The translations under genes and the position numbers were made by a program. The notes beneath the pieces were generated by a model, which was not told where the DNA came from, made no database searches, and was given only the letters and a program-made list of their open reading frames with translations. Shown here in pieces: positions 22,701-35,129 of a stretch of DNA of 64,000 nt. Location of the stretch: positions 25,048,001-25,112,000 of the forward strand of contig NC_086113.1 of the NCBI RefSeq assembly GCF_963921235.1, in the 5' to 3' direction. The first letter of the stretch is position 1. Each line of letters begins with the position of its first letter. Origin of the DNA: Mobula hypostoma (taxonomy: Eukaryota).

Positions 22701-23064
22701 TTTAACTCATATGTTTTGGTCTTGCCCTACTTTGGAAACTTTTTGGAGAGATATTTTCAATATTATTTCTAAGGTATTAAATATAGATATCTCTCCTCAC
22801 CCTATTACTGCTATCTTTGGACTACCTAAAATTTCTAGTAATCTTTCCCCTTCAGCCCGTAGAATGATTGCATTTCTTACTTTAATGGCGAAAAGATGTA
22901 TTTTACAACATTGGAAAGAGCTTAATGCTCCAACTACCTTTTTTTGGTTTTCTCAGACGATTTTATGTTTGAATCTGGAGAAAATTAGAAGTAACCTTTA
23001 TGGTTCTTCATTTAAATTTGAACAGATTTGGGGACCTTTTATTCGATATTTTCATTTAATGTAA
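19764..23064 (+). pseudogene. L1 ORF2: EN C-terminus, RT and CCHC domain; one frameshift at ~22569
   Basis: SRIDYF, SDHAP, KAPGPDG, LDAEKAFD, GTRQGCPLSP, YADD, and CDRC..HMFWSC in 22606-23064. Restoring 2 nt gives VNTSSICAKHSLIQFKVVHRAH. Confidence 0.95.
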
Positions 23065-24455
23065 TATTTACCCTTCTTGTTTTTTTTTCACTGTTTTAAT
23101 GGAGGTCGGGATTGAGGACGTGATTTTAAGTTTAACTCTGTTTGGTTTCAAGTTAGCCCATTGCTTTGCTTTGCTTTTAGTTAGTTGCACGGTGGGTTTT
23201 TTTTTGGGGGTTTTTTTTTCTTTTTTTCCATTGATATATATAAAATCTAGTATACTATTATGTTATCTTGGTTTCTTATGCTTAAATTACATTGTTTGTA
23301 GTATTTTCTTTTTGGTATTGTTATCTTTTGGAATTTTATTATACTTTAACATTGTATTAATGTTTATATGGCTTACCTTTTTTGTATACTTACTCAATAA
23401 AAAGATTTAAAAAGAAAAAAGTAAAGAGATTTGGGATGACTTAGTGGGGTTGTGAAAGATATTGCTTGACTCTAATTTATTTTTTGTCTTTAAAAAGGTT
23501 AACATGGAAAGATTGGCGTATTCGAAAGAACACCACACATAAATTGCTGAAGGAACTCAGCAAGTCGGCAACGTCTATGAAGAGGAATAAGCCGTCAAAC
23601 TATTGAAAAGGAGTATGCCTACAAAACATTGTGAGATAAAAGGTGCCTGCATGATTGTGCATCATTCCAACAGTTGTTCACTTTGGTGGGCTGGCACTTC
23701 AAACCTTGCTAATGGGTCTCAAGTGTGTCCAGGTTGTTAATGGAAGTTTTTTTTTGCTTCATCCTGTATTTTCACAGGAAAATAAAACATCACAAACCAA
23801 GAACTGGAAGACTGGGGAGAGAAAAGTGGCCATTGGTTCACATTTGGGTTAAATGTGGAGTGGTATGGTCTATAAAGGAAAATCAGCACTAGGGGGTGCA
23901 AGTTCTGCCTAGAAATCAGTGATATGTGTTGGGATAGTGAGGGATTGCTGGAGGATCTGGGAGTTGAGGTGGTGAGACACTAGGAAGTTAGAGAGCTGGA
24001 GATTCAGTGTTTTGGGAAACTGTGTGGGAGGCGGGGGCAGCAGCTGAGTCATTTGGCATTTTGGGGCAAAGTAGGTGGGGATGGTCACTATTGGTATCAG
24101 CATGTTCCTGAAGGTAAATTATGGAACTTAACTTCACAGAGTGCCAGTGCAGTATTTCAGAATGAAAGCATACTTGAACCAAGCAAGATGAAGACTAATC
24201 ATTCTTAGTGTCTTGGCAGTATTCTAATTATGTTTGATTTGTGTCTGACATTCAAATTGTATCGGGCATATGGACATGGGGCTTGTAGTGAGATGTGTCC
24301 AACTGAATCTTCAGATTATTCTGTGTCATTACTTGGCGCAAGCCCTTGTGTTTCATTAACACAAAAGAATCCGAAATCTGCTGACATCACATTTCATTTG
24401 AGGAAAAATCTATTTTCAGTTGTACAATTGTACGATGTAAACACCACCACATAAT

Positions 24456-24714
24456 TGATGGTGTAGTGGCATCAGTGCCGGATTTTGGGACGATAGGTCC
24501 CAAGTTCAAATCCAGCCAGCTCCCCTGCACACTTTCCATCCGTGCTGGGTTACAAGCTGGTGATCTCTTTGGAAACTCACCTGGCAGAAGGAAATGGCAA
24601 ACCACTGCTGTAACTTGCCTCGTATGCGGTTCCCCACTACCTCAAAGAGGTGTGGAGGGAAATCGTCCGCTAACCAGAAGAATTCCGGATGTGATGTACC
24701 TTTCCTTTCCTTTC
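24456..24714 (+). mobile_element. tRNA-derived SINE with an RTE-like middle block and (CCTTT)n tail
   Basis: A box TGGTGTAGTGG (24459-24469), B box GTTCAAATCC (24504-24513), GCAGAAGGAAATGGCAAACCACTGCTGTAACTTGCCT, tail TACCTTTCCTTTCCTTTC. Confidence 0.8.
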
Positions 24715-26504
24715 ATATAAAAGCTCTTTCTTAATATAGTAAATATTAGAGAGGAAGGGACTATTACTGGGAGAGATGTTTGGAGGAAAGAACTATTTGA
24801 TTAAATATCCGGGAATAGGTCCAACTAGAACTGACAACGCTAGCTGGCAGTGATCAACCATCTTGTTATTGGTCAGAGCTGCCTCTTTTGAATCTGATTT
24901 GAAGCAGTTCACCCAATTATTGCTGAAATCTTGCGTTTCTTAGCACATCAGTTACTGAGTGAATAAACTGCTGAGCTACTCAAGGCCCCATATACATTTA
25001 TATTGTACTATAAGGTACTGTATAGATACCTAGATTTCTTCACTCTGTCATAAAGATGGATTTGGCTTTTATTTTAAAAACTTTATCTCTTCTGATCAGG
25101 TAGAACAGAAACGGGTTTCACCCAATGCACTGGGCATTTGTACACCAATATGTAAAGTACAATTTAAAAATTTGTAAAGGCCAGATTATATAATAGACTC
25201 TTGTTTGCTTCAAATATACCTTCGCTATCAATATACAGGTGTACTTGTACTTGTAAGGTAGTATTTGCACTTTTTGCCAACTCCAATCTAATCCAGGTTT
25301 CTTCATTCAATAATCAACATGTTGACATATGACTGATTTTATCTCAAAATCTTATTGTTTTAGTGATGAGAAAATGTGTTAAAATTGATGGTAATTGTCT
25401 AAGGGTATAGTGAGTCCGTTTTCAAGCAAACCGTTCAAATTATACATTCCCTAATGCCCCGAAGTAAAAATTATATCAGTAACCCACTTCATCTGACATA
25501 ATTTTATTAAGTAGCAGTGGAGCCCTGCTATCATACTAATTATATTGTCACTATTAAAGCCCATGATTTTACTATATCCAGCATGACACCTTTGCATTAA
25601 GAACTGACCTTGAATTTGCAGAGAACAGTGTGGTATTAAATCTTTCAAACCTATTTTCTCTGCGTATGGAAGTTCCAAGTTATTTGCTTTCATGATCTCA
25701 GTTACTGGTAAGGAAGCAATGGAGATGAGTATCACTGAGTCTGAACTAAAATGTTTCCTTCAATTGTGTCCATAGATTGCACAACTAAGAATTTGTATGT
25801 TTATCATTATGTGGGTCTTTTTTGCTTCCCAGACAATTTCCTCTTTCAGACCTGCAGAGCAGAGCACTCCCAGATTATTTAAAAATTGATTATTTTTTTG
25901 AATGGACAAGGTTTTCAGTCAAGGTGTTCTGAAGTTACCAGACAACAGAGAAGGAAAATTGAATTCCATTTTGTTATTTGTGACTATTACATTTTAGTAC
26001 CTGTTAGATCATATATGCATTATTGTGTGAAGTAATGAACACCAAATATCAGAAGAAATATATTTGTCTTTTCCTCAGTAAGGGTAGACAACCTTCAAAT
26101 TGATTCTCAAACAAGGAGAGAAAAGATTTATGTCAAAATTAGGTCCTGTTGCCATAGTGCCACACAGATTTTCTCTGCTATACTATCAGGACTCCAAGGA
26201 TTATATTTCTGAAGCGAGATTGCATTAGCCAGGTTTATAGTTCTGAAAAATAAAATTTTAGGCAGTGATTTGACTGGAGTTTTGAAAAAAAGAATTAATA
26301 GTGTTGAACCACTGGAAACTTTTCTTCTGGGAAAAGTGTCTCAGACCTTTAAACTGGGTTATTTAGGAGGAGCGTTTGGTACAGAAAGTGGAAGTGTACA
26401 TCATTCTTACCTTGAAATCTGCACATGCTGACGCTGATGATAATTTTTAAACTTTGAAAACTGAAAACCATTGGTAGCTGTTGGAATTAAGAAATCTGGT
26501 TCAT

Positions 26505-27564
26505 AATTTTCGAGCTGTGAATTTGAGTCCTTTGCCAATGTTTGGTGTTTTTGACATGTAATTTCAAGCCCATATCACACAAAATATAATAGCCTCGCAG
26601 GCAGTTTAATCAAGGTAGTGAAGGGCCTCATGAAGAAAATGCAAGATGGACTAGAGGATTTTCTCAAAAGTCTAATAATTTTACAGAAGTGCACCACTGC
26701 AGAATGGCCTCTCACCAGCCCAAATGCTGATGGGTCAATGCATACTCACTAACCTTCCAGTGCACGAAAACCTGTTGACACCTAAAGGAGCACACAAGGT
26801 CAAATTGGCTAAAACGAAAGGGAAAGAAAGCAAAAACAGTATCACAACAAGACTGTGAAAACCCAACCAGTCCTGAAGCCTGCAATTCAAGTGCAAATCT
26901 GAAATCACGATTCTGGCACATGGTGCATGGGAGGATTCGTGCAAGAGGAGGTAGCTCGACATTCCTAGAAAATCCAGATGAAGCAAGGAGCCACATAGAC
27001 CTATGGCCACAACCTCCAACTCATAGCTGTAATGCCTTACCTGTCAGTACACTAAAGGGGCCAGCATATGTAAAAAATGAACATATTGATCAGAATTCTC
27101 AAAAAGACATAAATATTAATGCAGCAAATGCAAGTAATGCACCTGTGGAAACAAATAGCAGATCAAAAAGGATCATTAAACTGCCTCAAAGACTGATTGA
27201 AAGTTGACAAGTGGAGAAGAAGGTGCTCATTACAATTGAAGTTGAAATGTTGAACAGTTGATAATTTGAAAATAAAGGAAAAGAGACTGGTTATAGAATG
27301 TAGATATCTTTGTTTGGAAAGGATTGTTGTTCCTTGCACGTTTGTGAGCATTGTGTTTGTTTTTCTTTCAAGGGGGAAGATGTGTAATTATGTGTGCATA
27401 ATAAGGAACTTCAGTTCCCAGTGGGCAATGCAAGCAGTTCACCCGCAACCAGAAGCCATGAATGTGACAGGTTCCGCGTGCACAGGTTTGAGCAGCTGTT
27501 CAGTAATAAGATGTTCTAATGTAAACCCATGCCAAGTGTGTCTTTATTAGGAACAAACCTAACA
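26505..27564 (+). mobile_element. Gypsy LTR retrotransposon 3' remnant: decayed integrase, PPT and 3' LTR (27381-27564)
   Basis: Frameshifted YRSAPLQNGLSPAQMLMG...TNLPVHENLL; pol end SRSKRIIKLPQRLIES* at 27207; PPT AGGGGGAAGA 27371-27380; LTR TGT...AACA. Confidence 0.88.
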
Positions 27565-28540
27565 TGGAGGTTGGAAGTTCGGGAGCGGCCCTATAGTTGA
27601 CACAGATCCTTGCGAATTTTGCTGACTGACGCATCATAGTAGATTGAAACTTTGCGACTGGAACACCAAGACATGCCCTTATTTCTAGCACCCTTCTTAA
27701 ACCTTTCATCTAATATTCAAATATGGAGTACATCTTAATCAATACGTTTTCAATCCCAAAATATTTTGTGATTGGACTTGCTTCAGTTGAATGATTATTG
27801 CCTGATATTTAATTCTGGTTCATGCCTGATCTTCAGCATTGAACATACACAGGTGATGCAACTGGTGAACTTATGGCTTGTTTTTCATTCTTGTGAACAT
27901 TGTGCTTGCCATCATGACCCATTCATTGGAAGCTCTATGATGAGATTGTCCACCATCACAGCAACAGATTGCTCATTATCACAGTCTGCTTTGTTAGAAA
28001 CTCAAATAGATTATGATTGATGGCATTTTGTTGATTTGAAATTGGTTTATTATTATGATTTGAGGAATAAATTGTCCTGTATGCTCTTCATACAGATTAG
28101 TTCATTCAAAGTTCAAGGTTGAAGGCAAATTTTATTATCAAAGTATATATATTTCACCATAAACAACCCTGCACACTGCACATTGCATTGAGGGAATACA
28201 AGGTAAAACAATAACAGATCCAGAACAAAGTGTAACATCTACAGAGAAAGTGTAGTGCAGGCAAATAATAAGGGTGCAAAATCAAAATGAGGTAAATTAT
28301 GAAGTCAAGAGTCCATTTTGTCATATAAAGGAATTATCTTTGGGATATCTTGAAAAGAATGTGTCAGCGGCCAGTCATTCATTCATGCATATTTTAATAT
28401 TTCAGTGATGCTGATAGGATCTAACCTGCATTTCAACAAGGGTCAAAATATTCTTTGATATCATATCCATTTCCCATGTGCTACACCCAGAAAGGTGGTT
28501 TGAGTCAATGGATCCTGGTGCTAACCACAATGGTAAATCT

Positions 28541-29000
28541 TCAAGCAGTCAGAGTTTCAAGATAGTTTAATGTCATCTCCAGTACATAAGTGTAAAGAGG
28601 AACAAAATAATTGCTACTCCAGCTCCGATGCATCACAAGAAAAACCCACAAAAGATAAAGAACACAAAAATAATTTAAAAATACAATGTATAAATACATA
28701 ACATAGCTGATATATGTAGATAAATTGCATGTCCATAAAGTGACACTAGCCTCAAGAGTGTGGTCACATAATGAGACTGACATGAAATAATAAAGTAGTA
28801 GTAGTTAGGTCATGGAGGGATGGGTTAGTGGGCTGAGGTGTTGATCAGCCATAATACTTATGGAAAGTAACTATTTTTGAATCTGTTGGTCCAGGCATGG
28901 ATGCTGTTTGCCTCTTGCTTGATGGTAGTGGGACCAACAGCCCATGAGCAGGGTTGGTGGGATACTTCATGCTGTTACTGGCCCTTTTCTGGCACTTTTC
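28541..29000 (-). mobile_element. Rex/Babar-related LINE 3' fragment; boundaries approximate
   Basis: Same family as 36085-36903 in the opposite orientation (CACTTATGTACTGGAGATGACATTAAACTATCTTGA end). Confidence 0.65.
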
Positions 29001-29263
29001 TGTGTTCTGCATTCTGTTGTGGATCTCTTATGTTGCAAAGTTTGTTTTCTATTTGGCCAATGTTCTCATGTGAATGACAGTGAAGTAAATATTTGATGAG
29101 GGGATGATATTCTACCTTAATCTAAGTTATAATGTTTTTCTTTAATTGTTTGTAATTCTGGGTAGAGAGGAGAGTTGCTCATGAAAATTGTTAGCTGCTT
29201 TAGTCTAATTGTCTTTTCTCCTACATTGCTGCTTCCTTCCCCTGATGTTTTATAACGCTGCTT

Positions 29264-29669
29264 TTTTAAACAATATTTTATTGAATTTTACACATATTTC
29301 ACATATACAAATAAACAATAATAATAATTAAACTAAATAGTGAAACATGTTCTCATGTTTTTCACAATCATCGAAGGAAAAGAAATATAACATTTCACAT
29401 ACTTCACATATTTAACAAAGAAATAAAATAAAAACACATCAGAAAAAAAAACGTAGAAGCGCTCAACAGCACACAGCTATTTCACAATAAATGTGCACCT
29501 TGATGTCCAAGAAACTCCAATAAAGGTTTCCACACATTTTCAAATACTCCTGCCCTTCCTCTGGTTATGTAAGTCAGTCTCTCCAATACAATACAAGATG
29601 CCATCTCCTTCACCCATACATGAATCGAAGGTATATCCATTTTTCTCCAAGATAAGGCTATGATAGCTT
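29264..29669 (-). mobile_element. Second L1 family, heavily 5'-truncated (ORF2 C-terminus plus 3' UTR)
   Basis: KAIIALSWRKMDIPSIHVWVKEM...LERLTY...FENVWKP; AATAAA and A-tail on the minus strand; TSD TAACGCTGCTT (29253-29263) / TAACACTGCTT (29670-29680). Confidence 0.88.
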
Positions 29670-30525
29670 TAACACTGCTTACCACTTCTTCACCATTGGC
29701 AGCACTGGTGAGTGCCCTGTGAAACCTGCACTAATCGAATGTGGCAGTCAGACAGTATCAAGCCAACATTAATCACATGGAAATGCTTGGTGCTCAGTGA
29801 TTAATTCCTTGTTCAGCCCTGATCTAATAACTAGGCAAGGATGTCAAAAAAGCTGAAAGAGTCACTTTTGAAACATTTTAAAAAATTAACTTCAGCATCT
29901 ATCATGCATACAAAGGGATGAAAGACCTCTTTCATTTATACCATTCTTTGAGTCAACCTGGGATGTAATTCTTTCTTATAGGCAATTGTAATGTCTCTCT
30001 ATAGAAATACTTTGATCATGCAGATGAAGGTGCAGAAGCACCTGTGTATTTGGTTTGTCAGCTAACCCATTTAGTACGATCATCAGCTTCTGTAATCACT
30101 TCAAGTGATTCTATGCTTTTACATTTAGTTTTAGGTTTATTGCCTCTAGAAGAAAAGCATTTTTCTATGATTTCTCTATGCAATGTCAAATAATCTGAAG
30201 CAATGATGATAAAAATCTTGGCACTTATCACTGGACACAATCAACATGGAAGTCAATCCTTCCTTATTTCCACTACAAGGGACTTTGTTTGCAGCTTCTC
30301 ACACCATCAACTAAATTCATTGAGATGTTCCCAAAGCCAATGACCTCACTTTAAGGACTCTTTATCTTGTTATTTCATGTTCTCGTTCTTTATTACTAGT
30401 TATTTATATTTGCATTTGTGCACTCTGTTGTCTTATGCACTCTGTTTGATCTTTCATTGATCCTGTTTTAGTTACTATTCTATTGATGCTGAGTATACCC
30501 ACAGGAAGATGAACCGCAGAGTGTA

Positions 30526-31037
30526 CCTGTCCAAGACCGAAAGAGGCTGCAGAAGATCGTGAACATGGTGCAGCACATCACACAAACCAATCTTCCGTCC
30601 TTGGACTCACTTTACACCGCATGCTGTCGGAGCAGTGCTGCCAGGGTAATCAAGGACACGACCCACCCAGCCAACACACTTTTCGTCCCTCTTCCCTCCG
30701 GGAGAAGGCTCAGGAGCTTGAAGACTTGTACGGCCAGATTTGGGAACAGCTTCTTTCCAACTGTGATAAGACTGCTGAATGGATCCTGACCCGGATCTGG
30801 GCTGTACCCTCCAAATATCCGGACCTGCCTCTCGGTTTTTTTGCACTACCTTACTTCCCACTTTTTCTATTTTCTATTTATGATTTATAATTTAAAATTT
30901 TAATATTTACTAATTTTAACTATTTTTAATATTTGATATTTGTAATCCAGGGAGTGGGAAACGCTGAATCAAATATCGCTGTGATGATTGTATGTTCTAG
31001 AACCAATTGTTTGGCAACAATAAAGTATAAAATATTA
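30526..31037 (+). mobile_element. Young Rex1/Babar 3' fragment nested in an older LINE tail (30344-31090)
   Basis: ORF ...HPANTLFVPLPSGRRLRSLKT.TARFGNSFFP.VIRLLN; TSD AGTGTA at 30520-30525 and 31038-31043. Confidence 0.85.
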
Positions 31038-32496
31038 AGTGTATTATGACATATATGTACTTCGATAATAAAAAATTACTTTGACTTTGAATAGTTTCTT
31101 CATTAATCTGAGCAACTGCAAAGACTAAGTAACAACATAGACAATGATGCACAGAGTATATTCCTTCGACGAAGGATGCAAACGCTTGGAAATAAACTCT
31201 TTCATATAACCTTAGGCATAGAAACAGACTCTTCTTGATCATGTTGAATGGAGGAATAGGCTTGAGGAGACCAGATGGCCAACTTTTATTCCACTTTCTT
31301 GTAGATTCAGCCCACTAAGTCTGGACAAACCATTAAGCATCCACTTATATTAATTTACTTTTACTCTCTCCACATTCCTCTTGATTTCCTTCAGATTCTA
31401 ACACTTCCCTGCATACAATGGACAATTCTGCCAATCAAGAATCGAACCTGAATTTCTAGAGCTTTGTGGTAGCCACTTTATTCACAGTGCCTCCATGCCA
31501 ACCAAGAACTATGTGCTGAATACATTTGCTGACCTTCCTTTCCGTATTTCAGTCATACATATTTTTTAAGGTGGTATTTGATCTATTGTGTTTCAATTCC
31601 TCCATGATGGAGTACAGATACCTTAACAATACGTATGAATGAATTATGTCTGTTATCTTACGTCAGACTTTTGATGGACACCATGCACAAGACATATACT
31701 ATCACAGCCTCTTGCATTGCATTACCATATACACCAAAAATATATCAGTCCTTAGAAAGAATGATTACAGGTTATCAAAAAAATGTTAACAATTCTTGGC
31801 CCTACCATCTCAGTCCCAATATCATAAATGAAGTTAAGTTATGGATTAAGTTTTCTGACTTGATTTCTTCTTTTGTTGCTCCAAGGTTGATGGCTGGTTT
31901 TGACACACCTAAAATAACTCTCCTCAAAATATTACATTGCCCCTACAATCTCTTGGCAAAGAGCATTTGTTTATAAATGTCTATCATTTTTTTTATGGAA
32001 TACATAAACTTGTAGTCTAGTTTTATGCTGACCTTGAGGAAAGCTCTTTGAATGAAGTACAATGTCGTACTGCTGGTCATACTTAGCTACATTGCATTTG
32101 GCTACAATTGCCTTGTGATATGATGAGATCTTGACATGAGATTGTGGAAAATAAGTTCTTCTTCCTTCCCATTTCACATATCCAATCATCTTTATTTCTA
32201 TAGCAACAAACCAGAATCTTCCCCTTTGCGTGTTTATTGTGGCTCCTATTTATGATAGCTCTTCAGGCCAAGATGAACTATCAATTCCTGTGAGATCTGT
32301 TCATGCAACACCACAATTCTGCTGAACATATAAAACAAAAGATATGACACAACTCTTTTGAAGGTGTAGGATAATTTTCGAGGTGGTGTAATTCCTTTTC
32401 TGAATTAACAGACAATTAATAAGTGTTGTTTCATTTAATGTCATTAAATTACAGGTCATTATGATTTAGTACTGACAAAACTAATATCTTGAAATA

Positions 32497-32687
32497 ATAG
32501 CAACACACATAAAAAATGCCGGTGAACGCAGCAGACCAGGCAGCATCTATTGGAGGAGGTACAGTCGACGTCTCGGGCCGAAATGTCGACTGTACCTCTT
32601 CCTATAGATGCTGCCTGGCCTGCTGTGTTCACCAGCATGCTTTATGTGTGTTGCTTGAATTTCCAGCATCTGCAGATTTCCTCGTGT
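32497..32687. mobile_element. Fold-back (palindromic) Penelope pLTR insertion, 191 bp
   Basis: ~72-bp inverted arms at 32499-32570 and 32584-32655; 12-bp TSD TATCTTGAAATA at 32485-32496 and 32688-32699. Confidence 0.92.
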
Positions 32688-34465
32688 TATCTTGAAATAG
32701 TGTTTTTTTAAACAAATCTTATGCATTGTTTGTGATTAACATTATGTGACATTTAGTTAACAACTTGCCCTGATCTTTATGCAAACTACTGATTCTAGCA
32801 TTTAATGCATAGATATGGCCTAGATGAAAACTTGCATTCTGTTCGAAACTCTTACCAACTTAATCACTTCATTCAAGAAAAGAAGTAGGAATATGCCCTA
32901 TACCTATGGGTCAGTTAGTCTAATGTCAATGTTACAGAAAACATCGGAAAAAAATATCTCAGGTCCTTCTCCTCATCTCATCCATGCCAAATTAAACTAC
33001 ACTTAAAAACATGGGAATAGTCAGCAAGGATTTGTTGGTTGGAGATACTGCCTGACTAGTTTTCTTAATTTTGGTACAGCTAACTAAATATATATTGTGT
33101 AATTGATTGAATTATTTTCATTTCTCTCAAAAATATGCAGTTGAGGTAATTAAAATTAATTCTAAGTAGTGACTATTTTATATGGCACTCAACTCGATGG
33201 AAGAAAGTCAGATCAGGTATGCAGTACATTTAAAGAGAACCATTTCAATTTGGAAGCAAAAGTGCAACAAAATATAGAAACATTAAGATTTACTTTGGTG
33301 CCAAACGGTGACGGAGAAACCATACACCAAACTTAATTATAAATAAATAATAACAATTTGATGGATTGATATAGTAAAGGTGTGGCTGCTCTAGATGAAA
33401 GTGTGTTCACTAATCTAGCTGAATTGTTCGATCAGTTATTCTAGTGAACATTACTTAAGTCGTAGCTGTTGCAATTTACAGAATTTTATTCAACCTATAG
33501 ATATGCAAGTCAAACAGCATTCTTTCTCGTCAAACTGCTTAATGTTTTGACATCTGTTAACTTTAAGAATTAATTCAACCTCTTAAAAAAGCATAGGCTG
33601 TAGAGAGGGTTGCAGAACTGCAGGCTTTAAATAGGGCTCCTCGTTGGGAACACTGAAGTGCTAAATTTACATCTCACACTTGTTCATGCTGCTTCAGAGT
33701 AACTTATTTTAAAGTAATTAATATAGATGCCACTTATCCATGACTCTATCCATGATTCAATGACAAATAAGTACTGTCGGCAATGAATATTCACATGTAT
33801 ATGCAGTCATCCTTGAATAAAGAATTTTTGATACAAGACCAAAATTAGTATAACTTTAATATGATATTATTATGTGCATTTATTGCATTTAAATACATCT
33901 CAACACATAACAGCCTTTTATGCTGAAGTGCAATGAATTCATTTGTGTGATAAATTAAGTATGTATAAAAGCTACTTAAGGCAAATTGATCTAGGCCTGT
34001 TGCATAGCAAAGTCCCAAGCGTGTTAATTCTAACCATAAGACAACTGATTAAATACAGTAGATTAACTAATTGAAATCCATAAAACATTTATGTGAAGTT
34101 TCTGTCATTTGAGTTATATGCTTAGTATATTATTAGAATGTTTCCAATTTGTTTCTTGATGGGAACATTGCATGAATATTCACAACTAGCTACATACTAT
34201 GAAAGCAGCATCCATGGAAATGAAAAACAAAGTTACAGCAGATGCTGACAAAATAATAGGCCGGTAAATCTATAGCACCTTCCACATCACTTTCTGGTTA
34301 TCCTGAACATCACTGTGTAATCAATGAAATACTTCTGAGGTATAAGAAGGAGATAAAGCAAATAATTTGCATACCTGCTCCTACCAGCAGCTCTGTGCAA
34401 ATTACTCTTTTGGTGATGTAGGTCGAGGGATAAATATTGGTCGGGAGAGCCAAGATAACTCTACT

Positions 34466-35129
34466 CAGTCAGTAGTGAAGAAGGCGAATGCAATGTTGGC
34501 ATTCATTTCTAGAGGAATAGAGTATAGGAGCAGGGATGTGATGTTGAGTCTCTATAAGGCACTGGTGAGACCTCACTTGGAGTACTGCGGGCAGTTTTGG
34601 TCTCCTTATTTAAGAAAGGATGTGCTGACGTTGGAGAGGGTACAGAGAAGATTCACTAGAATGATTCCGGGAATGAGAGGGTTAACATATGAGGAACGTT
34701 TGTCTGCTCTTGGACTGTATTCCTTGGAGTTTAGAAGAATGAGGGGAGACCTCATAGAAACATTTTGAATGTTAAAAGGCATGGACAGAGTGGATGTGGC
34801 AAAGTTGTTTCCCATGATGGGGGAGTCTAGTACGAGAGGCCCTGACTTAAGGATTGAAAGGCGCCCTTTCAGAACAGAAATGCGAAGAAATTTTTTTAGT
34901 CAGAGGGTGGTGAATCTATGGAATTTGTTGCCACGGGCGGCAGTGGAGGCCAAGTCATTGGGTGTATTTAAGGCAGAGATTGATAGGTATCTGAGTAGCC
35001 AGGGCATCAAAGGTTATGGTGAGAAGGCGGGGGAGTGGGACTAAATAGGAGAATGGATCAGCTCATGATAAAATGGTGGAGCAGACTCGATGGGCCGAAT
35101 GGTCTACTTCTGCTCTTTTGTCTTATGGT
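34466..35129 (+). mobile_element. CR1 LINE 3' fragment, same young subfamily as 11225 and 47085
   Basis: SVVKKANAMLAFISRGIEYRS...YGEKAGEWD*; CTTATGGT tail; TSD CTACT at 34461-34465 and 35130-35134. Confidence 0.95.

Larger units (their letters stand above)
19348..23421 (+). mobile_element. L1-clade LINE, 5'-truncated with a 5' inversion (inverted part 19348-~19768, sense part 19764-23421)
   Basis: TSD TAAAGAGATTTGGGATG at 19331-19347 and 23422-23438; TT/AAAG-like target; T-rich 3' UTR, AATAAA at 23396-23401 and an A-rich tail. Confidence 0.97.

Noticed and set aside
24456-24525. tRNA gene
   Set aside because: A and B boxes are present, but there is no complete cloverleaf and the sequence continues into a SINE body and tail.
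27565-27580. TGGAGGTT after the Gypsy LTR as a tRNA-Gln PBS (tandem provirus)
   Set aside because: Only 8 nt match, the LTR follows a PPT so it is a 3' LTR, and no gag follows.
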